Origin: a virus
Strand: one strand, 5' to 3'
Length of the DNA stretch: 64,000 nt
Virus record (IMG/VR): IMGVR_UViG_3300017963_000233
Part shown: piece after piece, positions 16,865-25,256 of the stretch
Numbering within the stretch: position 1 is the stretch's first letter
Layout of the letters: each line of letters opens with the position of its first letter
Program-made: the position numbers and the translations under genes
Notes under the pieces: model-generated
Database searches by the model: none
Seen by the model: only the letters and a program-made list of their open reading frames with translations
What the model was told of the DNA's origin: nothing

Positions 16865-17705
16865 CAATGATGATGCAATAGGCATTCAATTGAATGCCTA
16901 TTGCATCTTTTTTTGTGAAAAGAGTGAAAAGAGTGAACGTTATAATCTGATATCAACTCTTATGTCATACTCGAAGTGTATTTATTGAATCGATTGAAGT
17001 CGTTTTTCGTTCGTGCTTCAGTATAATGCATTATACTTTGAACAAAATGCGCATTGCATCGGATCTAAAGATCGACTTAGCATGTCATATCGCATGATCA
17101 AACTATGTCAATGATCATTTTCATTCCTATTTGAATGAGCTATGCATCACTCATTCTTTAGGAATGATCGGACGATATCGCTTTTAAGTCATCGACGCCA
17201 AAAAATAAGTATCGACTTTTCAACTTGTTTTTGACATAAGCACAATTGGCTATATAGCCAATTTAATGATATCGATTATTATGCTACTCGACGCAATCAA
17301 TGTTTAGATCACTGCTAAAGTACTGATTAAATCAGTTTTCTACTTGAAACTAGCTTCGATGCCCAAAGTCGTTGACATCTTAAAATTGACCTAGACACCG
17401 ATTGTGTCTCATAACAACGTTTTATATGCGATACATTGATTAATAAGAGTCAAGACATACTCAGTCTATTAGGACTTTCACCTAATAGACATGTCTCATG
17501 AAGTATCGGTATTAAGACTTCTATCTTGACTATCTGAATAGACATAGTGCCTATATACGTAGCAATGATAATGCCAATATTAATAAGTTTTATTATATCA
17601 GCCCTAAAAAGACAATATATCCAATTATATCAACATGTTATATTCCAAAAAAATATTTTTTAAAAATAAAACACCAAAAGTAGCCTATTAAATCTTAATA
17701 AAGAA

Positions 17706-17818
17706 TGACAAAAAATGTCATAATGATATCAATAGCTTACACAATTACTAAAATAAACTATTGATATCATTGAATAATTCATTGACAAAAAATGTCACTA
17801 TACTGACAAAAATTGTCA
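17706..17818. promoter_or_regulatory. three TGACA-N5-TGTCA palindromic sites
   Basis: 17706-17720, 17783-17797, 17804-17818. Confidence 0.6.
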
Positions 17819-18052
17819 CTATCAATAGAATAGAGAATAAGAGAATAATCCCAAGACAAAGATTGTGTATAGCATTTACTGAAGTCGCATCACATAGGAT
17901 TATAGGTGTAGAATCAATGCAATGAATAGCAATCATCAGTGATCATTCAATTGTAGGCTCATGTGTAGCAATGTAATAAATGAATGTGCTGTAGTTCTTA
18001 TGTGTCTTGATGAGTCATGCATTATGCAATGGTACACTATTGCATTATGCAA

Positions 18053-18225
18053 TGATTCATATTCATAAACTAAATGGCATTCATTAAATCAATCAAATAA
18101 AATGAATCATATTCAGTATTTAAATGGCGTTCATTTATCTGTGCAGACTATAAAGTTGACATAAGATATATTATCAGACACTCGATGAGATAGGTGAATC
18201 GCATTCAAAAAATGAATCGCATTCA
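18053..18225. repeat. second cluster of TGAAT-N3-ATTCA sites
   Basis: 18103, 18195, 18213 (18-bp spacing) and a variant at 18053. Confidence 0.8.
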
Positions 18226-18283
18226 TTTAATGACCCCTCTTCAAATCTTGAATCGGATTTTCGATGCAGCGCGTATGGGACCC

Positions 18284-18489
18284 CATCACAAAATATTTTC
18301 TGCATTTTGCCTCGGAATTTATTCCATTCCATATTAGCCTTTAGCCTTTAGCTCATCACAAAATATTTTTCATATTTTACCGTGAAATGTTTTTCCATCA
18401 ATTCCATATTAGCCTTTGGCCTTTAGCCTTTAGCCTTTAGCTCATCACAAAATATTTTCTGCATTTTGCCTCGGAATTTATTCCATTCC
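18284..18489. repeat. compound tandem repeat with GCCTTTA heptamer runs
   Basis: 47-bp unit identical at 18284-18330 and 18443-18489, degenerate copy at 18354; separated by (GCCTTTA)n. Confidence 0.9.
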
Positions 18490-18716
18490 GCATGTGGTAA
18501 TAGAATTACATTGGTGTTTTAGGTTTTTATAGGGTCTGACTGACTCTAAATTACATTGCGGAAAGAGGTAATCAGAGAAAATCAATGGTTATTGATGAAA
18601 TTACATTGCTTTTATTTTAAATTTTCATTGGATTGGTTGTAATCATGTTTTATTGTCTTTATTTGATGTTTTAGTTTCAGTGTATGGAATGGGAGAATGT
18701 ATTGATTTTTTAGTTT

Positions 18717-19091
18717 TTATTCTATTTCCTCCAACAGTTCTATCGGATACCAACCGCCCTCTACCGTATCTACTATTCTTTTGGTATGGTATTTGTTGTG
18801 TACCGTGTTGAACATTCTTTGATCTCTTGCGGTGTATTTCAGTATCATTATTTCTTTTGGAATTGTCGTTTCATCTTTCAATTCGATCAAGCCGTCGTCT
18901 GTTCTTCTTTTGACGACTTTCATTTTCTTGGTTTCTTTCATATAATCGTATCCTCCTATCACTTTTATTTCTTCAATCATGCACTCTGCTATATTGCACA
19001 TTTTAAGGCACTCGATGCATGGTAGATTGTCTGTGCAATCTGGATTGTCGTCGCAGTAGGAGCATAGTAAAAGGACTTTTCGTTTTTTCAT
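18717..19091 (-). CDS. hypothetical protein, Cys-rich N-half
   Basis: AAGGA RBS; CSYC...C...CIEC..C. Confidence 0.55.
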   Translation of the reverse strand: MKKRKVLLLCSYCDDNPDCTDNLPCIECLKMCNIAECMIEEIKVIGGYDYMKETKKMKVVKRRTDDGLIELKDETTIPKEIMILKYTARDQRMFNTVHNKYHTKRIVDTVEGGWYPIELLEEIE

Positions 19092-19127
19092 TTTTTCATT
19101 TTTTCATTCCTTATCTATTGTAGAGGT

Positions 19128-19475
19128 TCATTCTTTGATCGAAGGATTTTCATAGATATTGCCGATGACTTCAACATCGTTGAAAAAGTCGCTCAGATGT
19201 TCTGTTATCAATGGTCTTTCAGAATGCATGTCCCAGTGTCCTAAATTCCACCTGACTTCCATTAATGCCCATTCAGATGTTCCTATTTGAAATTTGACTA
19301 CATCCCCCTCGTATATTTCTTGCCCTTTGGAGTCTTTCATCCCTGTGTATTGCATGATAGGATTTTTTGAAAATGTGATTTTTGGAGGCCCTAACCAATG
19401 TCCGTCTTTGACAATACCGATTCCATAATACATTCCGTATTTTCCAAGGAATTGTCTAAATTTTATCTCTCTCAT
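19128..19475 (-). CDS. YopX-family protein
   Basis: MREIKFR...MQYTGMKD..G.EIYEGD...EVIGNIYENP. Confidence 0.9.
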   Translation of the reverse strand: MREIKFRQFLGKYGMYYGIGIVKDGHWLGPPKITFSKNPIMQYTGMKDSKGQEIYEGDVVKFQIGTSEWALMEVRWNLGHWDMHSERPLITEHLSDFFNDVEVIGNIYENPSIKE

Positions 19476-19516
19476 TCTTTTACCCCCTTTCGTTGCTATA
19501 TATAATAGGTATAGAT

Positions 19517-19714
19517 TCACAAGTCGAATCTTTTGTTGTTTTCTGTTTTCATGTATAGCGGAATTTCATCGATCAAGGCTTTTATGATCGAATGTGTTGA
19601 CAAGAGCGGTTCATCTGTTTCTGTTTTGAAGTATTTGGTGTTTTTTGCGAGGGAATATTCTATTGAGATGATGAGTTGTCTTAATAAATGTGCTGTTTCT
19701 TCTTTTTCTGCCAT
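19517..19714 (-). CDS. hypothetical protein
   Basis: AAAGGA RBS, 65 aa. Confidence 0.5.
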   Translation of the reverse strand: MAEKEETAHLLRQLIISIEYSLAKNTKYFKTETDEPLLSTHSIIKALIDEIPLYMKTENNKRFDL

Positions 19715-19864
19715 TGTTTTGTCCTTTTTTTGTTGATAAATGACTGATTTTGTTGCGTTTTTTATGTTTTTACGTGCAATATTGCTGTTTTTATCTTATC
19801 ATATTGTATGTAATCCTTGAATTTTTTGTTGACAGGGTGTGGTTTTGTATTATATCCTTAAATT

Positions 19865-20605
19865 ATGGAGGTGATGCGAATGGCTGTTCCAGTTAGAAAA
19901 AACAACGGTAATGTGAAGATGGCGGATCTGATTGTGGAGTCGAAGCCAAAGGAGAAAAAGAAGAGGAAGGTAAAACCGAAGCAGAGAAAGGGGATTGGAA
20001 GGCCCCATCAGCATTTGGAGGAGGGGAACAGGAAAAGCGATAAGCGGTCTGTGTACGGATTGCGGGGGACGTATGCGGAGCGGTTTGGGCAGATGCAGAT
20101 CACAAAAGGCACCAAGAACGGGATGAAGCTCGTTTCTTGGGATGCTATACCAGAATGCAGAGAATCGTGTCCTATTGCGGAGAAGTGCCCCTACACTGGC
20201 AAAAAGAAATGTACAGTGATGAAATCGTATGTTGGAAGTGCAGCGAGTATCATACAGAACAACTACGATCTGGATGAGGCGGATATGTTGAGGGTGGGGC
20301 TTCATCTGTTGCCGTTGTACAGGAATCTTTGTCGTCTTCAGATTGAGGAATTCGCGTTGGAGGGGATCACGAGAGTCAATAAGGCTGGGAGTACGGTGTT
20401 GCATCCTATCTACGATTCGATCAAAGCGCATGTTTCAGCGATAGAGAGTTTGTGGAAGGCGCTGGGGCTGCTTAATAACGCGAAGAAAAAGAGAAAGACG
20501 GATATTGAAAAGTATCACCATGACAGGTACGTACCGACGGAGGTGCCTACGGTGGGTGATATCGTCAACGGGAACCCAGACTACTACGACACTTTGAGTG
20601 AGTGA
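19865..20605 (+). CDS. terS: terminase small subunit (probable)
   Basis: directly upstream of TerL; LHPIYDSI....IESLWKALGL resembles P27-type TerS C-terminus. Confidence 0.6.
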   Translation: MEVMRMAVPVRKNNGNVKMADLIVESKPKEKKKRKVKPKQRKGIGRPHQHLEEGNRKSDKRSVYGLRGTYAERFGQMQITKGTKNGMKLVSWDAIPECRESCPIAEKCPYTGKKKCTVMKSYVGSAASIIQNNYDLDEADMLRVGLHLLPLYRNLCRLQIEEFALEGITRVNKAGSTVLHPIYDSIKAHVSAIESLWKALGLLNNAKKKRKTDIEKYHHDRYVPTEVPTVGDIVNGNPDYYDTLSE

Positions 20606-22499
20606 TGCGATGGTACCTTTACGTGCCTCGGCCCGCTTGAAAGCCGATAGAGTCAAGTCGATGCAAGATTACAGGAATGGGGCGGAGGGCTTCATTCTTT
20701 GGTGTGAAGATAAAGTCAGAATTCCCATCTACCCACCAGGCTCCGACATACCTGAATATCATTCGATGGGCAAATTGCCCGATTCCCCGCATCCAGACAC
20801 CGGAAGAAGCTACAAGACGATTTGGGATGGACAAAAGAAGATGATCCGCAAAGCGTTGGTGATGAATCAGGGGAAATTCGTTTATCGTTTGATTATTTTG
20901 TGCTGGATGCGGGGGGAAGGGAAGTCTTTGCTGGCGTGTTTGATTCAATTGTGGAAATTCTTTTGCTGGCCAAGGCAACAGATCATGCTTGGGGCGAACA
21001 GCAAGGACCAAGTGAAGTTCGTGCATTATGATATTATGCGGGATATCGTGATAAACTCGCCGCAGCTCTTGAGTGTTGTAGGGAAAAGGAATATTCAAGA
21101 GAAAGAGATTCGTTTGAAGGATTCAAGCGGCAATATCAGGTCGATTATCAGATCGATATCGAGTTTTTCAGGTATCGTGTCGAATATCACTGGTTTCACT
21201 TTTTCAGAGATATTCGAAATGAAAAATCCCAAGTTCTTTGTTCAGCTTTATGGATCTATAAGGAACATACCGAATGCAATCGGTGTGATCGACAGTACTG
21301 TTAGCAGCAAACAGCACATCCTCTACCAACAATATCAGAATTGGTTGACTGGAAAGAGCGGGGGGTTGTTTTTCGATTATCGTTATTCGAAGTCGGGGGA
21401 TCATAGAGATTACTGGAACCCGATGATGACGCAATCCCAACTCGAAGACTACCGCGCATCCTTCCCCTTTGGTGAATTCGAAAGATACTTCCTGAATTTG
21501 TGGGAAGCTGGGCACATGCAGATATTCTCTGATGAGATGGTAGAGGAAATGGGGTATATGGGGATTGACGGTGAACTGCTGAACCACACAGATGTGATCG
21601 AGAACGTGAACAAGAAAAATGAATTGATCAAAAGACTTTCGATTGCGACGAAGAAGGAATGGGATGATGGAGTAAGAGAAACGGAAGATTTGATAACAGG
21701 TATCGATCACAGAATAATCCCAGTCACAAATTACTACAGCTTGCATGACAACTTCGGATTTCATAGACCTGTATCGATGGAGTCACTTGCCAATATTGGT
21801 CGTGTTTTGGATACGGATTGGCTTATATTGGCTGGTGCTGATATGGGAGATCCGATGGCGTTAAGGGGCAATGCAAGATCGATATTCACTTGTGTGGCGA
21901 AGGGGTTGCCGGGGTCCAAGTCCAATCCTCATGTCGTGTCTATGGAGACAGCGGTTTTGAAATTCGTTTATATCGTGTTGCATATTTTCAATATTGAAAA
22001 CCATGCCGTGAACACGTTGAAGGAACAGGCGGATATGTGCAATGATGAATATGATGGAATCGATGTGTTTTGCGGTGAGCGTTACGGATTGTGGGATATG
22101 CAGGAATGGTGCAAAGATAGAGATATCGAGTTCATTCCTATATTCCCGAATTATGCGAGGCAGAAAGAGGCGTTCAAAGAATTCTACGATTCTTTGAAAG
22201 AGGGAAGATTCAAGTGTCCAGATGTCAAAATTCCAGGCTCCAAGAAAGAGGATATATTGAGGGAGGAGCTTGAGAAATTCGATCATGAAACGAGAATAGG
22301 ACCGACGGGACAGGAGAGTGGGTGGTTTGGAAGTCCTGAAAAACTTGAAAAATATGGTGCCCAAGATGACTCGGTGTTCAGTATAGGATGGACTTTGTAT
22401 GGGGGCAAAGACAAGGGACCATCTGATTTCAGAGTAAGAAAATCCGCCATGAGCTTTGGCGTTTTCATTGAAAACAAGGCTTTAATGGGTCAATATTGA
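20598..22499 (+). CDS. terL: terminase large subunit
   Basis: Walker A RGEGKS, GANSKDQ, coupling motif IDSTVS, nuclease GADMG and QDDSVFS. Confidence 0.85.
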   Translation: MSDAMVPLRASARLKADRVKSMQDYRNGAEGFILWCEDKVRIPIYPPGSDIPEYHSMGKLPDSPHPDTGRSYKTIWDGQKKMIRKALVMNQGKFVYRLIILCWMRGEGKSLLACLIQLWKFFCWPRQQIMLGANSKDQVKFVHYDIMRDIVINSPQLLSVVGKRNIQEKEIRLKDSSGNIRSIIRSISSFSGIVSNITGFTFSEIFEMKNPKFFVQLYGSIRNIPNAIGVIDSTVSSKQHILYQQYQNWLTGKSGGLFFDYRYSKSGDHRDYWNPMMTQSQLEDYRASFPFGEFERYFLNLWEAGHMQIFSDEMVEEMGYMGIDGELLNHTDVIENVNKKNELIKRLSIATKKEWDDGVRETEDLITGIDHRIIPVTNYYSLHDNFGFHRPVSMESLANIGRVLDTDWLILAGADMGDPMALRGNARSIFTCVAKGLPGSKSNPHVVSMETAVLKFVYIVLHIFNIENHAVNTLKEQADMCNDEYDGIDVFCGERYGLWDMQEWCKDRDIEFIPIFPNYARQKEAFKEFYDSLKEGRFKCPDVKIPGSKKEDILREELEKFDHETRIGPTGQESGWFGSPEKLEKYGAQDDSVFSIGWTLYGGKDKGPSDFRVRKSAMSFGVFIENKALMGQY

Positions 22500-22611
22500 T
22501 TTTTTTATTGACAAATGGAATTTGATATATTATCGGTTATGCAGACCAGTATAAGGTGTACGGACGGAGGGTTCGTCATGGCACTAAAAAAATCAAGAAA
22601 GGAGGGACATT

Positions 22612-22887
22612 ATGGCACTAAATCCGGACATTATCGAAGCTGTTGCTAATTCCAATTTCAAAACGAATGCGGAAATGGCGACACAGAACAGCGTGAATCA
22701 TCAGCACAGACTCCAGATCCTTGCTGAAAAAGCTCTGTCGAAGTCTCTGGAATCGATGGATACGACTTCTGTTCCTGAGGGTCTGGGCCTTGCCGCTGCT
22801 CAACGGAGCGACTTGGCGAAGGTAATTGATGATCTGGCCGCGGCGATTGCGACAATGAAGGCTTTTGTTCCGACTCCAGGCGGCTAA
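22612..22887 (+). CDS. RebB-like (R-body family) small protein
   Basis: LNPDIIEAVANSNFKTNAE and QNSVNHQHRLQILAEKA match two RebB blocks as I recall them (VNSQITDAVTQxNVKVLGE; QNAVxxQQQxNILAQA). Confidence 0.55.
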   Translation: MALNPDIIEAVANSNFKTNAEMATQNSVNHQHRLQILAEKALSKSLESMDTTSVPEGLGLAAAQRSDLAKVIDDLAAAIATMKAFVPTPGG

Positions 22888-22908
22888 TGAACTGATCTTT
22901 TAAACAGC

Positions 22909-23001
22909 ATCCTCGAGGTGGAGGATCTCTTGCGATTACCAGTTCAACCCTCCGCCAAATCGCAACAGTGAATCCACCTTGGGGATATAGAGAGCGGAGG
23001 G
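22909..23001 (+). promoter_or_regulatory. structured intergenic RNA with potential RBS-sequestering pseudoknot
   Basis: 14-bp stem 22909-22/22973-86, 8-bp stem 22930-37/22958-65, loop CCCTCCGC complementary to GCGGAGGG over the SD of 23006. Confidence 0.5.
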
Positions 23002-23005
23002 GACG

Positions 23006-23323
23006 ATGGCAACGACACAACCCAAAGTGGATTTCAATGTAAATCCAGGGACTATATTTCAGAAGGCTTTGGATGATTATAAAAAGACACTTGAAAATGC
23101 AACGATGCAATATCAAAAGATTTTGGCAGACTCGCAAGCACATATGGAAAAGATGCTTGAGGAGGCTTCTGCACTTACCAAAATTCCAGAACCTGAACCT
23201 GAACAACCTCAATTGCCTCCTGAAATCGTCATTACAGGAGATGATGTGAAAACTTTTATTCAAGCTCTTGATTCACTGCTGAACGGCATCATGCACCTTA
23301 AAGATTCTTTTGGAATAAAATAA
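23006..23323 (+). CDS. helical hypothetical protein with Pro/Glu hinge
   Basis: GGAGG RBS; 105 aa. Confidence 0.7.
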   Translation: MATTQPKVDFNVNPGTIFQKALDDYKKTLENATMQYQKILADSQAHMEKMLEEASALTKIPEPEPEQPQLPPEIVITGDDVKTFIQALDSLLNGIMHLKDSFGIK

Positions 23324-23324
23324 A

Positions 23325-24995
23325 ATGGTACCTTTGAGGCCCACAGCGAGAAAAAATTTTAGACCAAGGTTGGTATCTCAGAATTCGATGTCTCTTGATG
23401 ATGTCAATGATTACATCATGGAGATTCCAGATGAGGTGCTATCGCGTTTGCAGTTTTCAGTTCCTTGGCAATATGATACGGATGAGGATGATTATAAGGA
23501 TCCAGATGACTTCAAACTTTATTACAAAACAGAAAAGGAAGATGCAAAGGCTACACGGGATGTTCTGCAATTAGAGTGCTGGGACAAATTCAGTAAAAAT
23601 CCCCAGATAAACACTTCCGTCAGAGGTACAGTAGGTCGCATGACAGGGATGGATTTTGGTTCTTCATGCGAAATATGGGAAATACAGAAGGTAATTGACG
23701 AAATTGAACTTGATCCAAGAAATAGGCTTTACAACTTCTGGCCCAAATGGGTTGGTCGATATCTGGTGGAAGGTGAGCTTTTTATTGTTCTCACCCTTCA
23801 TCCTGATGGATTCGTTGAGGCTGATTTCACGGACCCTTCTGTATTATATTCTGGGGGCGATAACAATACAGGTATTATTTTCCATCCTGACAAACCATCT
23901 ATGCCTCTTTTTTATGTGATATCCGATCAATCGTATTCGATCAAGGAGTTGATTCCTTCAGTCTATCTTGCCAGGTATCCAGAACTCCTCGGTGCCGTAT
24001 CGGATACATCGGAGTTCAAGCAAAGGAAGAAATACGCTAAAAAGAGCAAAAAGAGCATATACAAAAAGTTCAACGGTTTTTACAGGTTCATGGTCTCTTG
24101 GGATCGCGGTTTTATGGTGAGGCGTACGATTGGACATCTTAGAACTGTCATCCAATGGTGCAATCATTATGAGAAACTTAAAAAATACGAGATAGATTAT
24201 AAAAAATCTGCGGGTGCTTATATATGGGCATTTAAAATCGAGAACCCAAGAGACTTTAAACTCTGGCTTTCCTTGTCGGATGAAGATAAACGCAAAACTG
24301 CACCAATGGCAAAGAAGACACCTGGATCCTCACTTGTCCTACCACCTGGTATGTCTGTTGAGGCTGTTGCTCCAAAACTTCCTCAAATCAGAGAGGAAGA
24401 CACCGATATTCTGCATATGGTCGGAAGCGGTTTGAATGAGCCTGAAGACATCATGACTGGGGTATCGAGGGGTACGTTTGCATCTGTGAAAGAATCCCGC
24501 GGTCCAATGTCTGACAGAATATCGGATGAGATTGCGTATTTCAGTAGATTCCTCAGATATGATTTCTGGGGAAACATTTTCTTTTTGCGTTCTTCCATCA
24601 ACAAAATGGACAAAGAATTTTCAGTGAAGAAAGCTGTTGGATGGAAGAATCAAGAACCTGTATTCAAGAAAGTAAAACTTCCACCTGAACGCCTTATCGA
24701 CTTTTCATTCCCGACTTCTGAAGTCATTGACTATGAATCGAGAGCTAAAGGCATGCTTGGAGTCAAACACGGTCCTATGTCTGAGACTGTCGGTATTCCA
24801 ATGTCTGTTATTGCAAAGAAACTCGGTATCGGTAGTTACGGACAGATGAGATTGCGGAAAGCGGAAGAAGACGACCAGTACCCTGAACTCATCTACACGC
24901 TTGATGCGGAGTCTTTGCAGGAACAGGCTGAATCAGAGCCAAAGAAAGAAGAAACCAAAAAGCCAACTGAAGGAAACAACAATGGCAATGAATGA
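23325..24995 (+). CDS. portal protein
   Basis: 556 aa between TerL and protease; 'YLVEGELFI', 'TPGSSLVLPPGMSVE', 'TFAS' motifs. Confidence 0.75.
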   Translation: MVPLRPTARKNFRPRLVSQNSMSLDDVNDYIMEIPDEVLSRLQFSVPWQYDTDEDDYKDPDDFKLYYKTEKEDAKATRDVLQLECWDKFSKNPQINTSVRGTVGRMTGMDFGSSCEIWEIQKVIDEIELDPRNRLYNFWPKWVGRYLVEGELFIVLTLHPDGFVEADFTDPSVLYSGGDNNTGIIFHPDKPSMPLFYVISDQSYSIKELIPSVYLARYPELLGAVSDTSEFKQRKKYAKKSKKSIYKKFNGFYRFMVSWDRGFMVRRTIGHLRTVIQWCNHYEKLKKYEIDYKKSAGAYIWAFKIENPRDFKLWLSLSDEDKRKTAPMAKKTPGSSLVLPPGMSVEAVAPKLPQIREEDTDILHMVGSGLNEPEDIMTGVSRGTFASVKESRGPMSDRISDEIAYFSRFLRYDFWGNIFFLRSSINKMDKEFSVKKAVGWKNQEPVFKKVKLPPERLIDFSFPTSEVIDYESRAKGMLGVKHGPMSETVGIPMSVIAKKLGIGSYGQMRLRKAEEDDQYPELIYTLDAESLQEQAESEPKKEETKKPTEGNNNGNE

Positions 24996-25254
24996 TAAAG
25001 ATGAGAATTTTGAAAGTAATAGCAGCACAATATATTATAATACGGAACCCAAAGAGCCTGCTGTTGAAGTACCAAACGGTACCGCGCAACAAGATTGGAC
25101 AGAGGAATTGAGTATTGTCGTGATTGGTGTTGTCGCTATAGTTGCTATGATCATGTTGAAAAATGAATCGATTCCTATTGTGACTGGACTTGGTGGTGGT
25201 CTTGTGGGGTATTTGACGCGGGGCTTCAAGCAAAGATTGTCCAAGGAGTTTTAG
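24982..25254 (+). CDS. small membrane protein (two hydrophobic segments)
   Basis: LSIVVIGVVAIVAMIML and IPIVTGLGGGLVGYL. Confidence 0.6.
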   Translation: MAMNDKDENFESNSSTIYYNTEPKEPAVEVPNGTAQQDWTEELSIVVIGVVAIVAMIMLKNESIPIVTGLGGGLVGYLTRGFKQRLSKEF

Positions 25255-25256
25255 CC

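Noticed and set aside
18284-18489. Possible mini-CRISPR array
   Set aside because: The intervening sequences are themselves repeats (GCCTTTA runs) rather than unique spacers, and unit lengths vary
21540-21800. Intein in TerL
   Set aside because: The extra helical segment lacks C/S-start, HN-end and LAGLIDADG motifs
19829-22536. Late promoters TTGACA...TATTAT at 19829 and 22508
   Set aside because: Spacers are 13-14 bp rather than 16-18 bp, so not called as features, though the recurrence may reflect a phage-specific promoter
22909-22990. ZTP (pfl) riboswitch, from GGUGG...CCACC..GGGGA
   Set aside because: The 5' GACUGGC element and 3' GCCUGGG pseudoknot partner, as I recall the consensus, are absent
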